Below, piece after piece: positions 8,128 through 17,567 of a DNA stretch of 43,106 nucleotides. The stretch covers positions 1 to 43,106 of the forward strand of contig JBIOVR010000373.1 of assembly GCA_044867875.1 (NCBI GenBank), given 5' to 3'. This DNA is from Chitinophagaceae bacterium (GTDB taxonomy: Bacteria; Bacteroidota; Bacteroidia; Chitinophagales; Chitinophagaceae). The position numbers and the translations under genes were made by a program. Every line of letters starts with the position of its first letter. Within the stretch, counting starts at the first letter, position 1. The notes under the pieces are model-generated. The model did not search any database, was not told where the DNA came from, and saw only the letters and a list, made by a program, of their open reading frames with translations.

Positions 8128-9213
8128 ATGGACGCATACACCGGAAAATACTACACGCAAGGTGGCGAAGAACAAGAAGCCACTATTCTTTTTTTAAAAG
8201 ATAGAATTAGCATTGGGTTGCGCAATGAGCATGGTGAGCCAAGAATCGTTTACTGGCCCTACGAGCAGATCATTCGCGATAATTTCTGGAAACGAGGTCA
8301 ATCAATAGTTCGTTGTGGAACTTATCCTATTCAAACGATCGAAGTAAATGAAAAAGAATTTGCCGATAAACTGGAAGTAATTTTAAAAGAAAGAGAAAGA
8401 ACATGGCTGGGCAGGTTCATGAGTAAGAATCAGTGGAGAATGATCCGGATGCTGACCGTGTTTATTGTGATATTGGTATCCGCTTATATTTGGTTGGTTC
8501 CGTTCCTTGCAGAAAGATTAGCAAAACGGGTTCCTGTTTCTTATGAAGAAAGATTGGGGGATGGTATTTACGATGCCATAAAACCAACCTTTACGATTGA
8601 TGCAGAAAAAACAGCTTATATCAATGATTTTTTCAGAGAGCTCAATATTGATTCAAAATATAATATCAGCATTACAGTCGTTAAAGAAAATGTGGCGAAC
8701 GCTTTTGCAATGCCTGGTGGTAATATTATTGTGTACGATAAAATAATTGCAGGCATGAATGGTTATGAAGACCTTGCTGCATTACTATCGCATGAGTTTA
8801 CCCATGTAAATGAAAGACACACTACAAGGGCATTGTTCCGGCAACAGGCATCTTCTCTTTTTATATCAATTATTTTTGGCGATGTGGGTACTATCGGCAA
8901 TGTGATCGTTAGTAGTGCCGATGATCTGAAAGGATTAAGTTATTCCCGCAAACTGGAGAAAGATGCTGATCTGAACGGTATAAAAATATTAAGTGAAAGA
9001 AAAATTGATTGCAACGGATTTATCCACTTATTTGAATTGTTAGAAAAAGAAATAACAGAAACTGGTGGTGAGCCGACGGAATGGATCAGCAGTCACCCGG
9101 ACATCGAAAAAAGAATAGCTTATTCAAAAGCAAATGTTTTGTTTAATAAAAACGGTGTGGAGATAAATGAAACGTTAAAAACGCTGTTTATGAAAATTAA
9201 AACTGCTAATTAA
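8128..9213 (+). CDS. M48 family zinc metallopeptidase with an N-terminal extra domain
   Basis: 361 aa. The HEXXH motif is LLSHEFTHVNERH, with a downstream ligand region at EKDADLNG. A TM (MIRMLTVFIVILVSAYIWLVPFL) follows a ~100-aa N-terminal soluble domain. It starts 4 nt after the serS stop. Confidence 0.8.
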   Translation: MDAYTGKYYTQGGEEQEATILFLKDRISIGLRNEHGEPRIVYWPYEQIIRDNFWKRGQSIVRCGTYPIQTIEVNEKEFADKLEVILKERERTWLGRFMSKNQWRMIRMLTVFIVILVSAYIWLVPFLAERLAKRVPVSYEERLGDGIYDAIKPTFTIDAEKTAYINDFFRELNIDSKYNISITVVKENVANAFAMPGGNIIVYDKIIAGMNGYEDLAALLSHEFTHVNERHTTRALFRQQASSLFISIIFGDVGTIGNVIVSSADDLKGLSYSRKLEKDADLNGIKILSERKIDCNGFIHLFELLEKEITETGGEPTEWISSHPDIEKRIAYSKANVLFNKNGVEINETLKTLFMKIKTAN

Positions 9214-9398
9214 ACAGCCTGGAACTTCTTTACTCCATTGGCATTTGCATTTCTTCTTCCGCCCAACTCATAAATTCCATTGCTTTTGACAACCAAATTC
9301 AAAATAATATCATCTGCGATTTAGCGTTATCGTAGTACGGGTTGATAAATGGTTTAAACTTTGCAGGTTATTACTTGTCCTAAACAAAAATCTTTTTA

Positions 9399-10859
9399 AT
9401 GTCCCTGGCTAATCAAATCAAAAATCAGCACCTGATGTGGCGGGCTGGTTTTGGTCCCGCCGTCGAACAACTGGTTGATCTTTCCCTGGTTTCCTCTAAA
9501 CAATTGTATAAGGCGTTGCAAAAGGCTTCTTCTAAAAAACCAGAGTATATCGATGTGGCGGATGACTTTCTTAAAGGTCTATGGGCTGGAATTGATGAAG
9601 TGGGTCGCCAGGAAAAGATGAAAGAAATAAAGGAAGAGGATAAAAAAAAGATCCAGCAGAAGCAACGCGAAAGTGTAAAGAGCTTAAACCTTAACTGGCT
9701 AAATGTTTTTGTAAATACAGATGCGCAGTTAAGAGAAAAAATGGCTTTCTTCTGGCATGGACATTTTGCTTGTCGCAACCTAAATGTATTTTATCAGCAA
9801 GGTTTATTGGATATTATTCGTCGCAATGCTCTTGGAAGTTTTCGTGATATGCTGCATGAAGTTTCTAAATCGGCGGCGATGCTGAATTTTTTGAATAACC
9901 AGCAAAACAGAAAAGATCATCCAAATGAAAACTTTGCAAGAGAAGTGATGGAACTGTTTACACTTGGTCGTGGTAATTATACAGAAAATGATATTAAAGA
10001 AGCAGCTCGTGCATTCACAGGTTGGAGTGCAGGATTAAAAGGCCAATTTGTTTTCCGGCGCATGCAGCATGATTATGGTTCAAAAACAGTGTTGGGTAAA
10101 ACTGGGAATTATGATGGCGATGAAGTATTGGATATATTATTGTCACAAAAACAAACAGCAAAGTTTATCACGCAAAAAGTGTATAAATTTTTTGTAAACG
10201 ACAGTATTGATGAAACTAAAGTGAACTGGCTTGCCGATCGTTTTTATCAAAGTACTTATGATATCGGCAAACTGATGGAAGATATTTTTACCAGTGATTG
10301 GTTTTATGATGAAAAAAATATTGGTAGCAAAATAAAATCACCAATTGAATTGATCGCAGGCATTCAGCGGATGTTGCCAATGCAACTAGAGCATGAAGAA
10401 GCATTGACTTTTTTACAAAGAGCGTTGGGTCAAATATTATTTTACCCGCCAAATGTTGCGGGTTGGCCGGGTGGCAAAACATGGATCGACAGCAGCAGCC
10501 TGATGCTTCGTATGCGTCTTCCGCAATTGATAAACGATGTAGATGAATTAAATATTAAAACGAAAGATGATGATGACCAGATGATGGGAAGAAAAACAGG
10601 AGAAGATGGAACCAAGCCGATGGGTTATGGTAAGCGAGGCGTCATCAGGGCAACTATTGATTGGAAAGAATATATGGGACATTTTGAAAAAATACAGAAG
10701 GATCAACTGATAGGTTCAATAGCATCAAATTTATTACAAACGAAAAGTGGGGTTAGTAGCGAATTAATAAAACAATATTCCGATGCAGGAAGCAAAGAAA
10801 GTTTTATTAAGTCGGCAACATTGCAACTGATGAGTACGCCGGAATACCAGTTGTGTTAA
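9399..10859 (+). CDS. DUF1800 domain-containing protein
   Basis: 486 aa. Family-typical segments are MAFFWHGHFA, MLNFLNN, NENFAREVMELFTLGRGNYTENDIKEAARAFTGW and YPPNVAGWPGG. No signal peptide is visible. Confidence 0.8.
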   Translation: MSLANQIKNQHLMWRAGFGPAVEQLVDLSLVSSKQLYKALQKASSKKPEYIDVADDFLKGLWAGIDEVGRQEKMKEIKEEDKKKIQQKQRESVKSLNLNWLNVFVNTDAQLREKMAFFWHGHFACRNLNVFYQQGLLDIIRRNALGSFRDMLHEVSKSAAMLNFLNNQQNRKDHPNENFAREVMELFTLGRGNYTENDIKEAARAFTGWSAGLKGQFVFRRMQHDYGSKTVLGKTGNYDGDEVLDILLSQKQTAKFITQKVYKFFVNDSIDETKVNWLADRFYQSTYDIGKLMEDIFTSDWFYDEKNIGSKIKSPIELIAGIQRMLPMQLEHEEALTFLQRALGQILFYPPNVAGWPGGKTWIDSSSLMLRMRLPQLINDVDELNIKTKDDDDQMMGRKTGEDGTKPMGYGKRGVIRATIDWKEYMGHFEKIQKDQLIGSIASNLLQTKSGVSSELIKQYSDAGSKESFIKSATLQLMSTPEYQLC

Positions 10860-10860
10860 T

Positions 10861-10922
10861 TGCAGATTTCAGATTGCGGATTTTAGATTTATAATCTGCA
10901 ATCGTCATCTAAAATCTAAAAT
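10861..10922. repeat. Two crossing (A-B-A'-B') inverted repeats in the DUF1800/DUF1501 spacer
   Basis: A is tgcagatt (10861-10868) and A' is aatctgca (10893-10900). B is attttagattt (10880-10890) and B' is aaatctaaaat (10912-10922). Both pairs are perfectly complementary. Confidence 0.85.
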
Positions 10923-10929
10923 AGTTGTC

Positions 10930-12129
10930 ATGGTTATTAAAAGAAGAGAATTTCTCCAGGTTGGTTCACTTGCCACAGCATCGCTGATGGTGCCAAAATT
11001 CCTAAAAGCATTTGAAGGAAGAAATATGGTGCTGCCCGGAAATAAGGTTTTGGTAATACTTCAATTAAGCGGTGGCAATGATGGATTGAATACGGTCATT
11101 CCGTATAGAAATGATATTTATTATAAATCAAGACAAAGAATAGGAATTGAAAAATCAAAAGTATTATCATTAAATGATGAAGCCGGATTACATCCAGCAC
11201 TCACAGGATTTAAAGAATTATATGATGATGGAAGTCTTGGCATCATGAATAGCGTTGGCTATCCAAATCCTGATCGTTCACATTTCCGCAGCATGGATAT
11301 TTGGCATACTGGTAGTGAAAGCAAAGAGTATTGGACGACAGGTTGGCTCGGTCGTTATCTTGATGCACAATGCAAAGGCTGTGATAAACCAACTTATGCA
11401 CTGGAGCTTGATGATACCTTAAGTCTTTCAATGAAAGGAGAGGAGGCAAAAGCAATCGCAATGAAAGATCCGAAACGATTATTTGGCACAGCCAACCAGC
11501 GTTTTTTTAAAGATGTAATGCAGCAACATAAAGATGAACCAGGTGAACAGACAGTTGATTATCTATATAAGACACTATCTGAAACAGTTTCTTCTGCCAA
11601 TTATATTTTTGAACAAAGTAAGTTTCATCCTTCAAAAGCTGAATATCCAAAAACAGAATTAGGTCAGAATTTGAAAACAATTGCATCACTTATCTTCTCT
11701 GATATAAATACAAAAGTGTATTATGTTTCTCACGGTAGCTTTGATACACATATCAACCAGCAATTTCAGCAACAGCGTTTATTTACTGAAATGAATGATG
11801 CGGTGAGATCATTTACAAAAGATCTGAAAGAAAATGGACGCTTCGACGATGTATTATTAATGACGTTCTCTGAATTTGGAAGAAGAGTTTCTCAAAATGC
11901 AAGTGGCGGTACAGATCATGGTACAGCTAATAATATGTTTTTAATTGGTGGCGGAATAAAAGAGAAAGGATTGATCAATCCAATGCCTGATCTTTCTGAT
12001 CTTGATGAAGGTGATCTGAAATACAAAGTTGATTTTAAAAATGTTTATGCCACTGTTTTAAAAAACTGGTTAGCTGCAGATGACATGGTGATCCTCAAAA
12101 AGAAATATGATTATTTGAAGTTTGTATAA
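10930..12129 (+). CDS. DUF1501 domain-containing protein (sulfatase/alkaline-phosphatase-like superfamily) with a Tat signal
   Basis: 399 aa. The twin-arginine motif is KRREFLQVGSLATASLMV. Family segments are LSGGNDGLNTVIP, HGSFDTH, FSEFGRRV and GGTDHGT. Confidence 0.85.
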   Translation: MVIKRREFLQVGSLATASLMVPKFLKAFEGRNMVLPGNKVLVILQLSGGNDGLNTVIPYRNDIYYKSRQRIGIEKSKVLSLNDEAGLHPALTGFKELYDDGSLGIMNSVGYPNPDRSHFRSMDIWHTGSESKEYWTTGWLGRYLDAQCKGCDKPTYALELDDTLSLSMKGEEAKAIAMKDPKRLFGTANQRFFKDVMQQHKDEPGEQTVDYLYKTLSETVSSANYIFEQSKFHPSKAEYPKTELGQNLKTIASLIFSDINTKVYYVSHGSFDTHINQQFQQQRLFTEMNDAVRSFTKDLKENGRFDDVLLMTFSEFGRRVSQNASGGTDHGTANNMFLIGGGIKEKGLINPMPDLSDLDEGDLKYKVDFKNVYATVLKNWLAADDMVILKKKYDYLKFV

Positions 12130-12160
12130 AAAAAGGCACTGTCAATCAGTGCCTTTTAAA
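12128..12160. terminator. Bidirectional Rho-independent terminator between the DUF1501 gene and the OPT transporter gene
   Basis: Perfect stem aaaaggcactg (12131-12141) / cagtgcctttt (12147-12157) with loop tcaat. A-rich on the left and T-rich on the right, and it sits between convergent stops. Confidence 0.8.
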
Positions 12161-12175
12161 TTTTATCATGATCGC

Positions 12176-14236
12176 TTACGCATTTTTCTTTTTAGCAATT
12201 GCGACCCGGTACAAAGTAAATCCCATAATAGCGAAGAAAGCAACGCCCAACCACTTATAGCCTTCACCTCCAAAAAATCCAGTAATGCCGTGTTCCGCAT
12301 TTACTTTAGCTAATCCTTTATTGACGGAGTCACTTGCTGAAAGAAATGCACCAATTACTCCGGCGATAGCCCCTCCCGCGACCAGGCCTGTAGCAAAAAG
12401 ATTTCCTTTACCAAGATCTTCTTCTTCAGGTGATACATGGACATTTCGTTTTTTATTTTTCCATTCTGCAAAGCCACGAATTGCACCACCAATGAAAATT
12501 GGAAGTGTTGTAGAAATAGGAAGATAAAGGCCAATTGCAAAGCTCAATGCTTTGATCCCGCATAATTCCATAACGATAGCAATAAACACACCTACAAGTA
12601 CAAATTGCCAATCAAGATTAAATGAAAGGATCCCTTTTACCAGGGTTGCCATTAATGTTCCTTGTGGTGCAGGATACTTATCTGTTCCAATAGCATGATG
12701 AATTCCTTGCGCCACCATGTCTGCTGTTGGTGTATCAAGAATTTTTATAGTCGCACCGATAGCTAATGATGAAACAATAGCACCGACAAACAATGAAATC
12801 TGTTGGTATTTAGGAGTTGCTCCAACTATATAACCGGTTTTCAGATCTTGTGAAGTTGCTCCCGCATTTGCAGCGGCAATACAGATCATGCCTCCAACAA
12901 TTAATGCCATTGGTTCATAAATATGACCTGTCCATTTTACTGCTATAAAGATCAAACAGGTTCCCATTAAAGTAGCGATCGTCATTCCGCTGATGGGATT
13001 ATTTGAAGAACCGATCAAGCCAACAATGCGTGAAGAAACAGTTACAAAGAAAGCTCCGAAAATAATTACAAGCAATCCGAGCAATAATTTACTTCCGATA
13101 TTATCGCCGGGGATAAAATTACCAGGCATCAATGCAATTATTAAAACAAGAAGAAGACTGCCTATTCCAACTATTTTAATAGATAGATCTCTGTCAGTTC
13201 TTTTTACACTTTGTTCTCCACCTGCTCCACCTTTCAACGAACCGATACTTCCTTTAAAAGATGAGACGATCGTTGGAATTGTTTTTATTAAAGTAATAAA
13301 TCCGCCTGCCGCAACTGCACCTGCGCCAATTTGCCGAACATAAGCACGGTAAATAGCAACTGCCCAGTCATTGAAAGTATGAGCTACAGGATCCCATCCA
13401 CCGGGTCCGCCAGCTGTGGTAATATCTTTTAAATACCCAAGTTTTATAAGTTGATTCGCAATTATGTCCGGGCTGATCAATGATGCGAGTAGTGGATTAA
13501 AAACAAACCATGCTAATACACTACCTGCTACAAGCACACCTGCGATCTTCGGTCCAATAATATAACCAACACCCATATACTCGGGAGTTATTTCACCACT
13601 AACTTTTGCGGATGGAAAAAATTTATTTGCCTGCTTTGTCATGAAAGCAGGTGTTTCAGCAATCACATGAAATATTTTTTGAAGCATGGCATAAGCAAAA
13701 GCGAATCCCAAACCCATAAAAGCTGTTTTTGCAAACTCTCCCCCTTTTTCTCCAGCCTTTAATACAGATGCACAAGCTGTTCCCTCAGGATAAGGGAGGA
13801 CTCCATGTTCTTTTACAATTAAAGAACGACGAAGCGGTATCATCATTAATGTTCCGAGAATACCACCAACAATAGCAAGTATCAAAATGGTGAAATAATT
13901 AAAATAGTTGGCATTTGCCGGATCACTTAAAAACAAAAAGCCTGGAAGTGTAAATACAACACCGGCCGCTATGCTTTCACCTGCTGAGCCGGTTGTTTGT
14001 ATGATATTATTTTCAAGAATGGTTGTTTTTAAAAGCCTCCTTCCAAGAGTGATGGCAATAACAGCAATGGGGATAGACGCAGAAACAGTAAGACCAGCTT
14101 TTAATGCGAGATAAACAGTAGCGGCACCAAATACAATTCCAAATGCGGCGCCGGTTAAAACAGATTTAATTGTAAACTCAGCCATATTTGTTTCAGGAGA
14201 AACAAATGGTTTAAAAGCAGGTTGCTGATCAGCCAT
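12176..14236 (-). CDS. OPT family oligopeptide transporter
   Basis: 686 aa, polytopic with more than 14 hydrophobic helices. OPT-type segments are TGSAGESIAAGVVFTLPGF, EGTACASVLKAGEKGG and ATSQDLKTGYIVGATPKYQQ. Confidence 0.9.
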   Translation of the reverse strand: MADQQPAFKPFVSPETNMAEFTIKSVLTGAAFGIVFGAATVYLALKAGLTVSASIPIAVIAITLGRRLLKTTILENNIIQTTGSAGESIAAGVVFTLPGFLFLSDPANANYFNYFTILILAIVGGILGTLMMIPLRRSLIVKEHGVLPYPEGTACASVLKAGEKGGEFAKTAFMGLGFAFAYAMLQKIFHVIAETPAFMTKQANKFFPSAKVSGEITPEYMGVGYIIGPKIAGVLVAGSVLAWFVFNPLLASLISPDIIANQLIKLGYLKDITTAGGPGGWDPVAHTFNDWAVAIYRAYVRQIGAGAVAAGGFITLIKTIPTIVSSFKGSIGSLKGGAGGEQSVKRTDRDLSIKIVGIGSLLLVLIIALMPGNFIPGDNIGSKLLLGLLVIIFGAFFVTVSSRIVGLIGSSNNPISGMTIATLMGTCLIFIAVKWTGHIYEPMALIVGGMICIAAANAGATSQDLKTGYIVGATPKYQQISLFVGAIVSSLAIGATIKILDTPTADMVAQGIHHAIGTDKYPAPQGTLMATLVKGILSFNLDWQFVLVGVFIAIVMELCGIKALSFAIGLYLPISTTLPIFIGGAIRGFAEWKNKKRNVHVSPEEEDLGKGNLFATGLVAGGAIAGVIGAFLSASDSVNKGLAKVNAEHGITGFFGGEGYKWLGVAFFAIMGFTLYRVAIAKKKNA

Positions 14237-14265
14237 AGCAGTTAGTTTTAATTTAAAGTAAGATA

Positions 14266-14300
14266 AATAAAAAAGGTGATGTCAATACAACATCACCTTT
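14266..14300 (-). terminator. Rho-independent terminator downstream of the POT transporter gene
   Basis: Perfect 11-bp stem 14272-14282 / 14290-14300 (aaaggtgatgt / acatcaccttt). It is followed on the minus strand by ttttatttatc. Confidence 0.65.
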
Positions 14301-14320
14301 CCAGAAAAAATTAAATGTAT

Positions 14321-15970
14321 CTATGCAGAACCAGTTTTATCTCTTGTTATTTGTTCCAAAGATTTTATTTTGGAGAAGATCAATAAGCCTCCGAGTATCG
14401 CAGCAGCAGTAATGACTCCGAAGAAAACTTTTTTATCTGGTATCTTATCCCAGAAACTGGCCATTACTCCAGCGACCTTTCCTCCTAATGAAGTTGATAA
14501 GAACCATCCTCCCATCATCAATGCAGTTAATCTCGGAGGAGCCAGCTTGGAAACAAATGAAAGACCAATCGGGCTTAAACAAATTTCACTGACTGTAAAT
14601 ACTCCGTAGGTCAGGAATAACCACATTGACGAAGCCTTATGTGTGTAAATGCTGGGAACAGACATGACTGCAAATACCATTACCAATGCACTAAGACCTG
14701 AAATGATCAATGCCCATGCAAATTTCCTGGCAGTTGAAATGGGTCTGTTTCGCTGGGCCATGTATGCAAAGAACATTATTAATAAAGGTGTAAATGCAAC
14801 AATAAAAAAAGGATTGATAGATTGAAAGAGTTCTGTGTTACCAACTTTGGCTAATCCATCGGGCGGCCATTTTTCTTTAGGCAGGTTAACAAAATAAGGA
14901 TCAGGCCCCATTGTTTTTAATGCATTTCCCGAAGCATCAGTTACTACTCTCATGTATTGATCTAATGAATCAACCTCTCTTGGTGAAGTAGTTAAATTTT
15001 GGAGTGTATAAACTGCATCTGCAGGTTGCTCCATAAATTTTGGGATCGATCTATCTGTATGCGATTCTGCCCAGATCGTTAAACCTGTTGAGTTTTGATT
15101 ATAAATTGTCCAGAAGATGATGGAGATGGCAAATATGAATAATAATGCGCCTACTCCTTTTTTATCTTCAGCATTTCCTTTTAACCATAATCTTGTGTAG
15201 AAGTAAATAACAGGAATACATGCAAGAATAAATGCGTCATTCGAATCGGAGCCCATAAAATTTCCAGGAAGGAACCAACCAATGATTCCAAATACGATCA
15301 TTGGTAAAAAAACAGAACCGAAGATCTTTGAAAAAGGCATGTCTCCAGCTTGCATTGGTTTCTTTATATCATAATGTTTTACATATTTCAGATTAAAAGC
15401 AAGCCAAATTAATCCGATTATCAAACCAATACCCGCTGCTGAAAATGCGGCACCCCAACCTATTCTATTCCTTAAAATGGCAGCGGCAAAATTGCACACC
15501 AATGCACCAATATTAATACCCATATAAAAGATATTATAGGCGTTATCTTTTAATGGTCTAAGCTCATCTGTGTTGTACATATTACCAAGAAGAGTAGAAA
15601 TGTTCGGCTTAAAAAAACCATTACCAATTATAATACATCCTAAACCGATATACATGGTAATATTATCAGGTAAAGCCAGCAACAAATAACCAGCAGCCAT
15701 CAATGAGCCTCCAAGAAAAATGGATTTTATATAACCAAGATACCTGTCGGCGATAAGTCCGCCGATAAAAGGAGTTAAATAAACCAGTGCTATAAAAGTC
15801 CCAACGATATCGGCACCCATAGCCCTTGGCATATCCTTCCCGGTATCGCTTATTAGATAAAGTAATAAGATGCCTACCATCAGGTAGTAACCAAATCGTT
15901 CCCACATTTCAGTAAAAAAAAGAACCATTAACCCTCTTGGGTGCTTGCCAGTTTTTGGTGCTTGATTCAT
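14321..15970 (-). CDS. POT/PTR2 family proton-dependent di/tripeptide transporter
   Basis: 549 aa. PTR2 signatures are FFTEMWERFGYYLMVGILLLYL and FYMGINIGALV. It has an MFS-like 12+ TM layout with a central soluble insert. Confidence 0.9.
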   Translation of the reverse strand: MNQAPKTGKHPRGLMVLFFTEMWERFGYYLMVGILLLYLISDTGKDMPRAMGADIVGTFIALVYLTPFIGGLIADRYLGYIKSIFLGGSLMAAGYLLLALPDNITMYIGLGCIIIGNGFFKPNISTLLGNMYNTDELRPLKDNAYNIFYMGINIGALVCNFAAAILRNRIGWGAAFSAAGIGLIIGLIWLAFNLKYVKHYDIKKPMQAGDMPFSKIFGSVFLPMIVFGIIGWFLPGNFMGSDSNDAFILACIPVIYFYTRLWLKGNAEDKKGVGALLFIFAISIIFWTIYNQNSTGLTIWAESHTDRSIPKFMEQPADAVYTLQNLTTSPREVDSLDQYMRVVTDASGNALKTMGPDPYFVNLPKEKWPPDGLAKVGNTELFQSINPFFIVAFTPLLIMFFAYMAQRNRPISTARKFAWALIISGLSALVMVFAVMSVPSIYTHKASSMWLFLTYGVFTVSEICLSPIGLSFVSKLAPPRLTALMMGGWFLSTSLGGKVAGVMASFWDKIPDKKVFFGVITAAAILGGLLIFSKIKSLEQITRDKTGSA

Positions 15971-16101
15971 ACAATCGTTTTTAGTTAACTAATCAGAGTC
16001 GAAGATTTGGCCAAAATAAACAAAATCCGTCACTCGCAAATTTTCTCTACCTGTTTTAACTTTCTTACCCGATATTCGCAAAGCTTTAAACCAGATCCAA
16101 T

Positions 16102-17382
16102 ATGCGTGTCCTCTTACTTGGCGCCGGCGGTCGTGAACATGCTTTCGCATGGAAAATTTCCCAAAGCCCACTTTGCGAAAAACTTTTTATTGCTCCGGGC
16201 AATGCAGGTACTTCTCAATGCGGAAATAATCTTGATTTTGGTGTGAATGATTTTGATGCAATAAGAAAATGTTGCATCGATGAAAAAATTGATCTCGTTC
16301 TCGTTGGCCCCGAAGAACCTTTAGTAAAAGGCATCACCGATTTTTTGATAAGTGATCCGCAATTAAAAGATCTTGATATTATCGGTCCATCAAAAGCCGG
16401 GGCGGAGCTGGAAGGAAGTAAAGCTTTTGCTAAAGCATTTATGCATAAACATAAGATACCCACTGCTGCATATGGCGAATTTACATTGGATAATTATAAA
16501 GACGGTGTTGTTTACATTAATAAACACGAATTGCCGATCGTATTAAAGGCAGATGGATTAGCTGCCGGCAAAGGCGTTGTTATTTGTGAGAATTATGTTG
16601 AAGCATTAGCAGAATTTGAATTGATGATACAACGGGCAAAGTTTGGCGATGCAAGCAAGAAAGTTGTGATCGAAGAATTTCTACAGGGCATCGAGCTTTC
16701 TGTTTTTGTTTTGACAGATGGAAGAAATTATGTGCTGTTACCCGAAGCAAAAGATTATAAAAGAGCAGGAGAAGAAGATTCCGGGCCAAACACTGGTGGC
16801 ATGGGTGCGGTAAGCCCTGTACCATTTGCCGATGAAGATTTTTTAAAAAATGTAGAGGAGAAAGTTATCAAGCCGACAATTGAAGGATTAAAAGCGGATG
16901 GTCTCGAGTATCGTGGCTTTATATTCTTTGGATTAATTAAGGTCGGCGATGAACCTTATGTTATCGAATACAATTGTCGCATGGGTGATCCCGAAACAGA
17001 AGTGGTGATCCCACGATTGAAAAATGATTTTCTTGAAATGTTAGTGGCAGCGGCCAAACAAGAACTTCATAAAATAAAGATCGAAGAAGATGATCGCTGT
17101 GCATGTACAGTGATGGCGGTCAGCGGCGGATATCCAGGTGATTATGAAAAAGGATATGTCATTCATGGACTCGATAAGGTCAACTCTGCAGAAAGTATTT
17201 TATTTCATGCCGGTACTATAACAAAAGATGGAAAGCCAGTAACAAATGGCGGCCGTGTTCTATGTATCACTTCTTTTGGTGATTCAATTTTAGAAGCCGT
17301 TGAAAAATCAAAAGAGGAATTGCGAAATATTACTTTTACGGGCATGTCTTTCAGAAGGGATATTGGGTATGAGTTTGAATGA
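16102..17382 (+). CDS. purD: Phosphoribosylamine--glycine ligase
   Basis: Starts MRVLLLGAGGREHAFAWKISQS, followed by VGPEEPLV, VLKADGLAAGKGVV, EYNCRMGDPETEVV and TNGGRVL. This is a full-length PurD pattern. Confidence 0.97.
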   Translation: MRVLLLGAGGREHAFAWKISQSPLCEKLFIAPGNAGTSQCGNNLDFGVNDFDAIRKCCIDEKIDLVLVGPEEPLVKGITDFLISDPQLKDLDIIGPSKAGAELEGSKAFAKAFMHKHKIPTAAYGEFTLDNYKDGVVYINKHELPIVLKADGLAAGKGVVICENYVEALAEFELMIQRAKFGDASKKVVIEEFLQGIELSVFVLTDGRNYVLLPEAKDYKRAGEEDSGPNTGGMGAVSPVPFADEDFLKNVEEKVIKPTIEGLKADGLEYRGFIFFGLIKVGDEPYVIEYNCRMGDPETEVVIPRLKNDFLEMLVAAAKQELHKIKIEEDDRCACTVMAVSGGYPGDYEKGYVIHGLDKVNSAESILFHAGTITKDGKPVTNGGRVLCITSFGDSILEAVEKSKEELRNITFTGMSFRRDIGYEFE

Positions 17383-17424
17383 GATAATTTGTTAACCAGC
17401 AACAGTAATTCTTATCATCGTCTC

Positions 17425-17460
17425 TTGCGTCGCACTCTTGTACTGCAACAACTCTATTCA
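17425..17460. repeat. 36-nt intergenic repeat, copy B
   Basis: TTGCGTCGCACTCTTGTACTGCAACAACTCTATTCA. Matches 4690-4725 at 35 of 36 positions. Confidence 0.9.
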
Positions 17461-17471
17461 GCTTTATTTTC

Positions 17472-17529
17472 TCACAGATTTTCACAGATCTCCACAGAAA
17501 ATGATCTGTGTAAATCCGTGTCATCTGTA
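17472..17529. repeat. 10-nt-phased CACAGA word repeats with inverted copies
   Basis: Direct copies are tcacagat (17472-17479), tcacagat (17482-17489) and ccacaga (17492-17498). Inverted copies are gatctgtg (17503-17510) and catctgta (17522-17529). Segments 17483-17490 and 17503-17510 form a perfect 8-bp hairpin. Confidence 0.8.
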
Positions 17530-17539
17530 AGATAAAATT

Positions 17540-17563
17540 CACCATTCACCATTGACCATTCAC
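17540..17563. repeat. Tandem heptamer repeat (CACCATT CACCATT GACCATT CAC)
   Basis: 3.4 tandem copies, read directly from the sequence. The same heptamer builds the inverted repeat at 4799-4849. Confidence 0.85.
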
Positions 17564-17567
17564 GTCT

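Noticed and set aside
12285-14114. Three + strand ORFs (80, 116 and 68 aa) inside the OPT transporter gene.
   Set aside because: They are antisense shadow ORFs of a long, well-supported minus-strand gene. Their Pro/Ala/Ile-rich low-complexity translations show no motifs.
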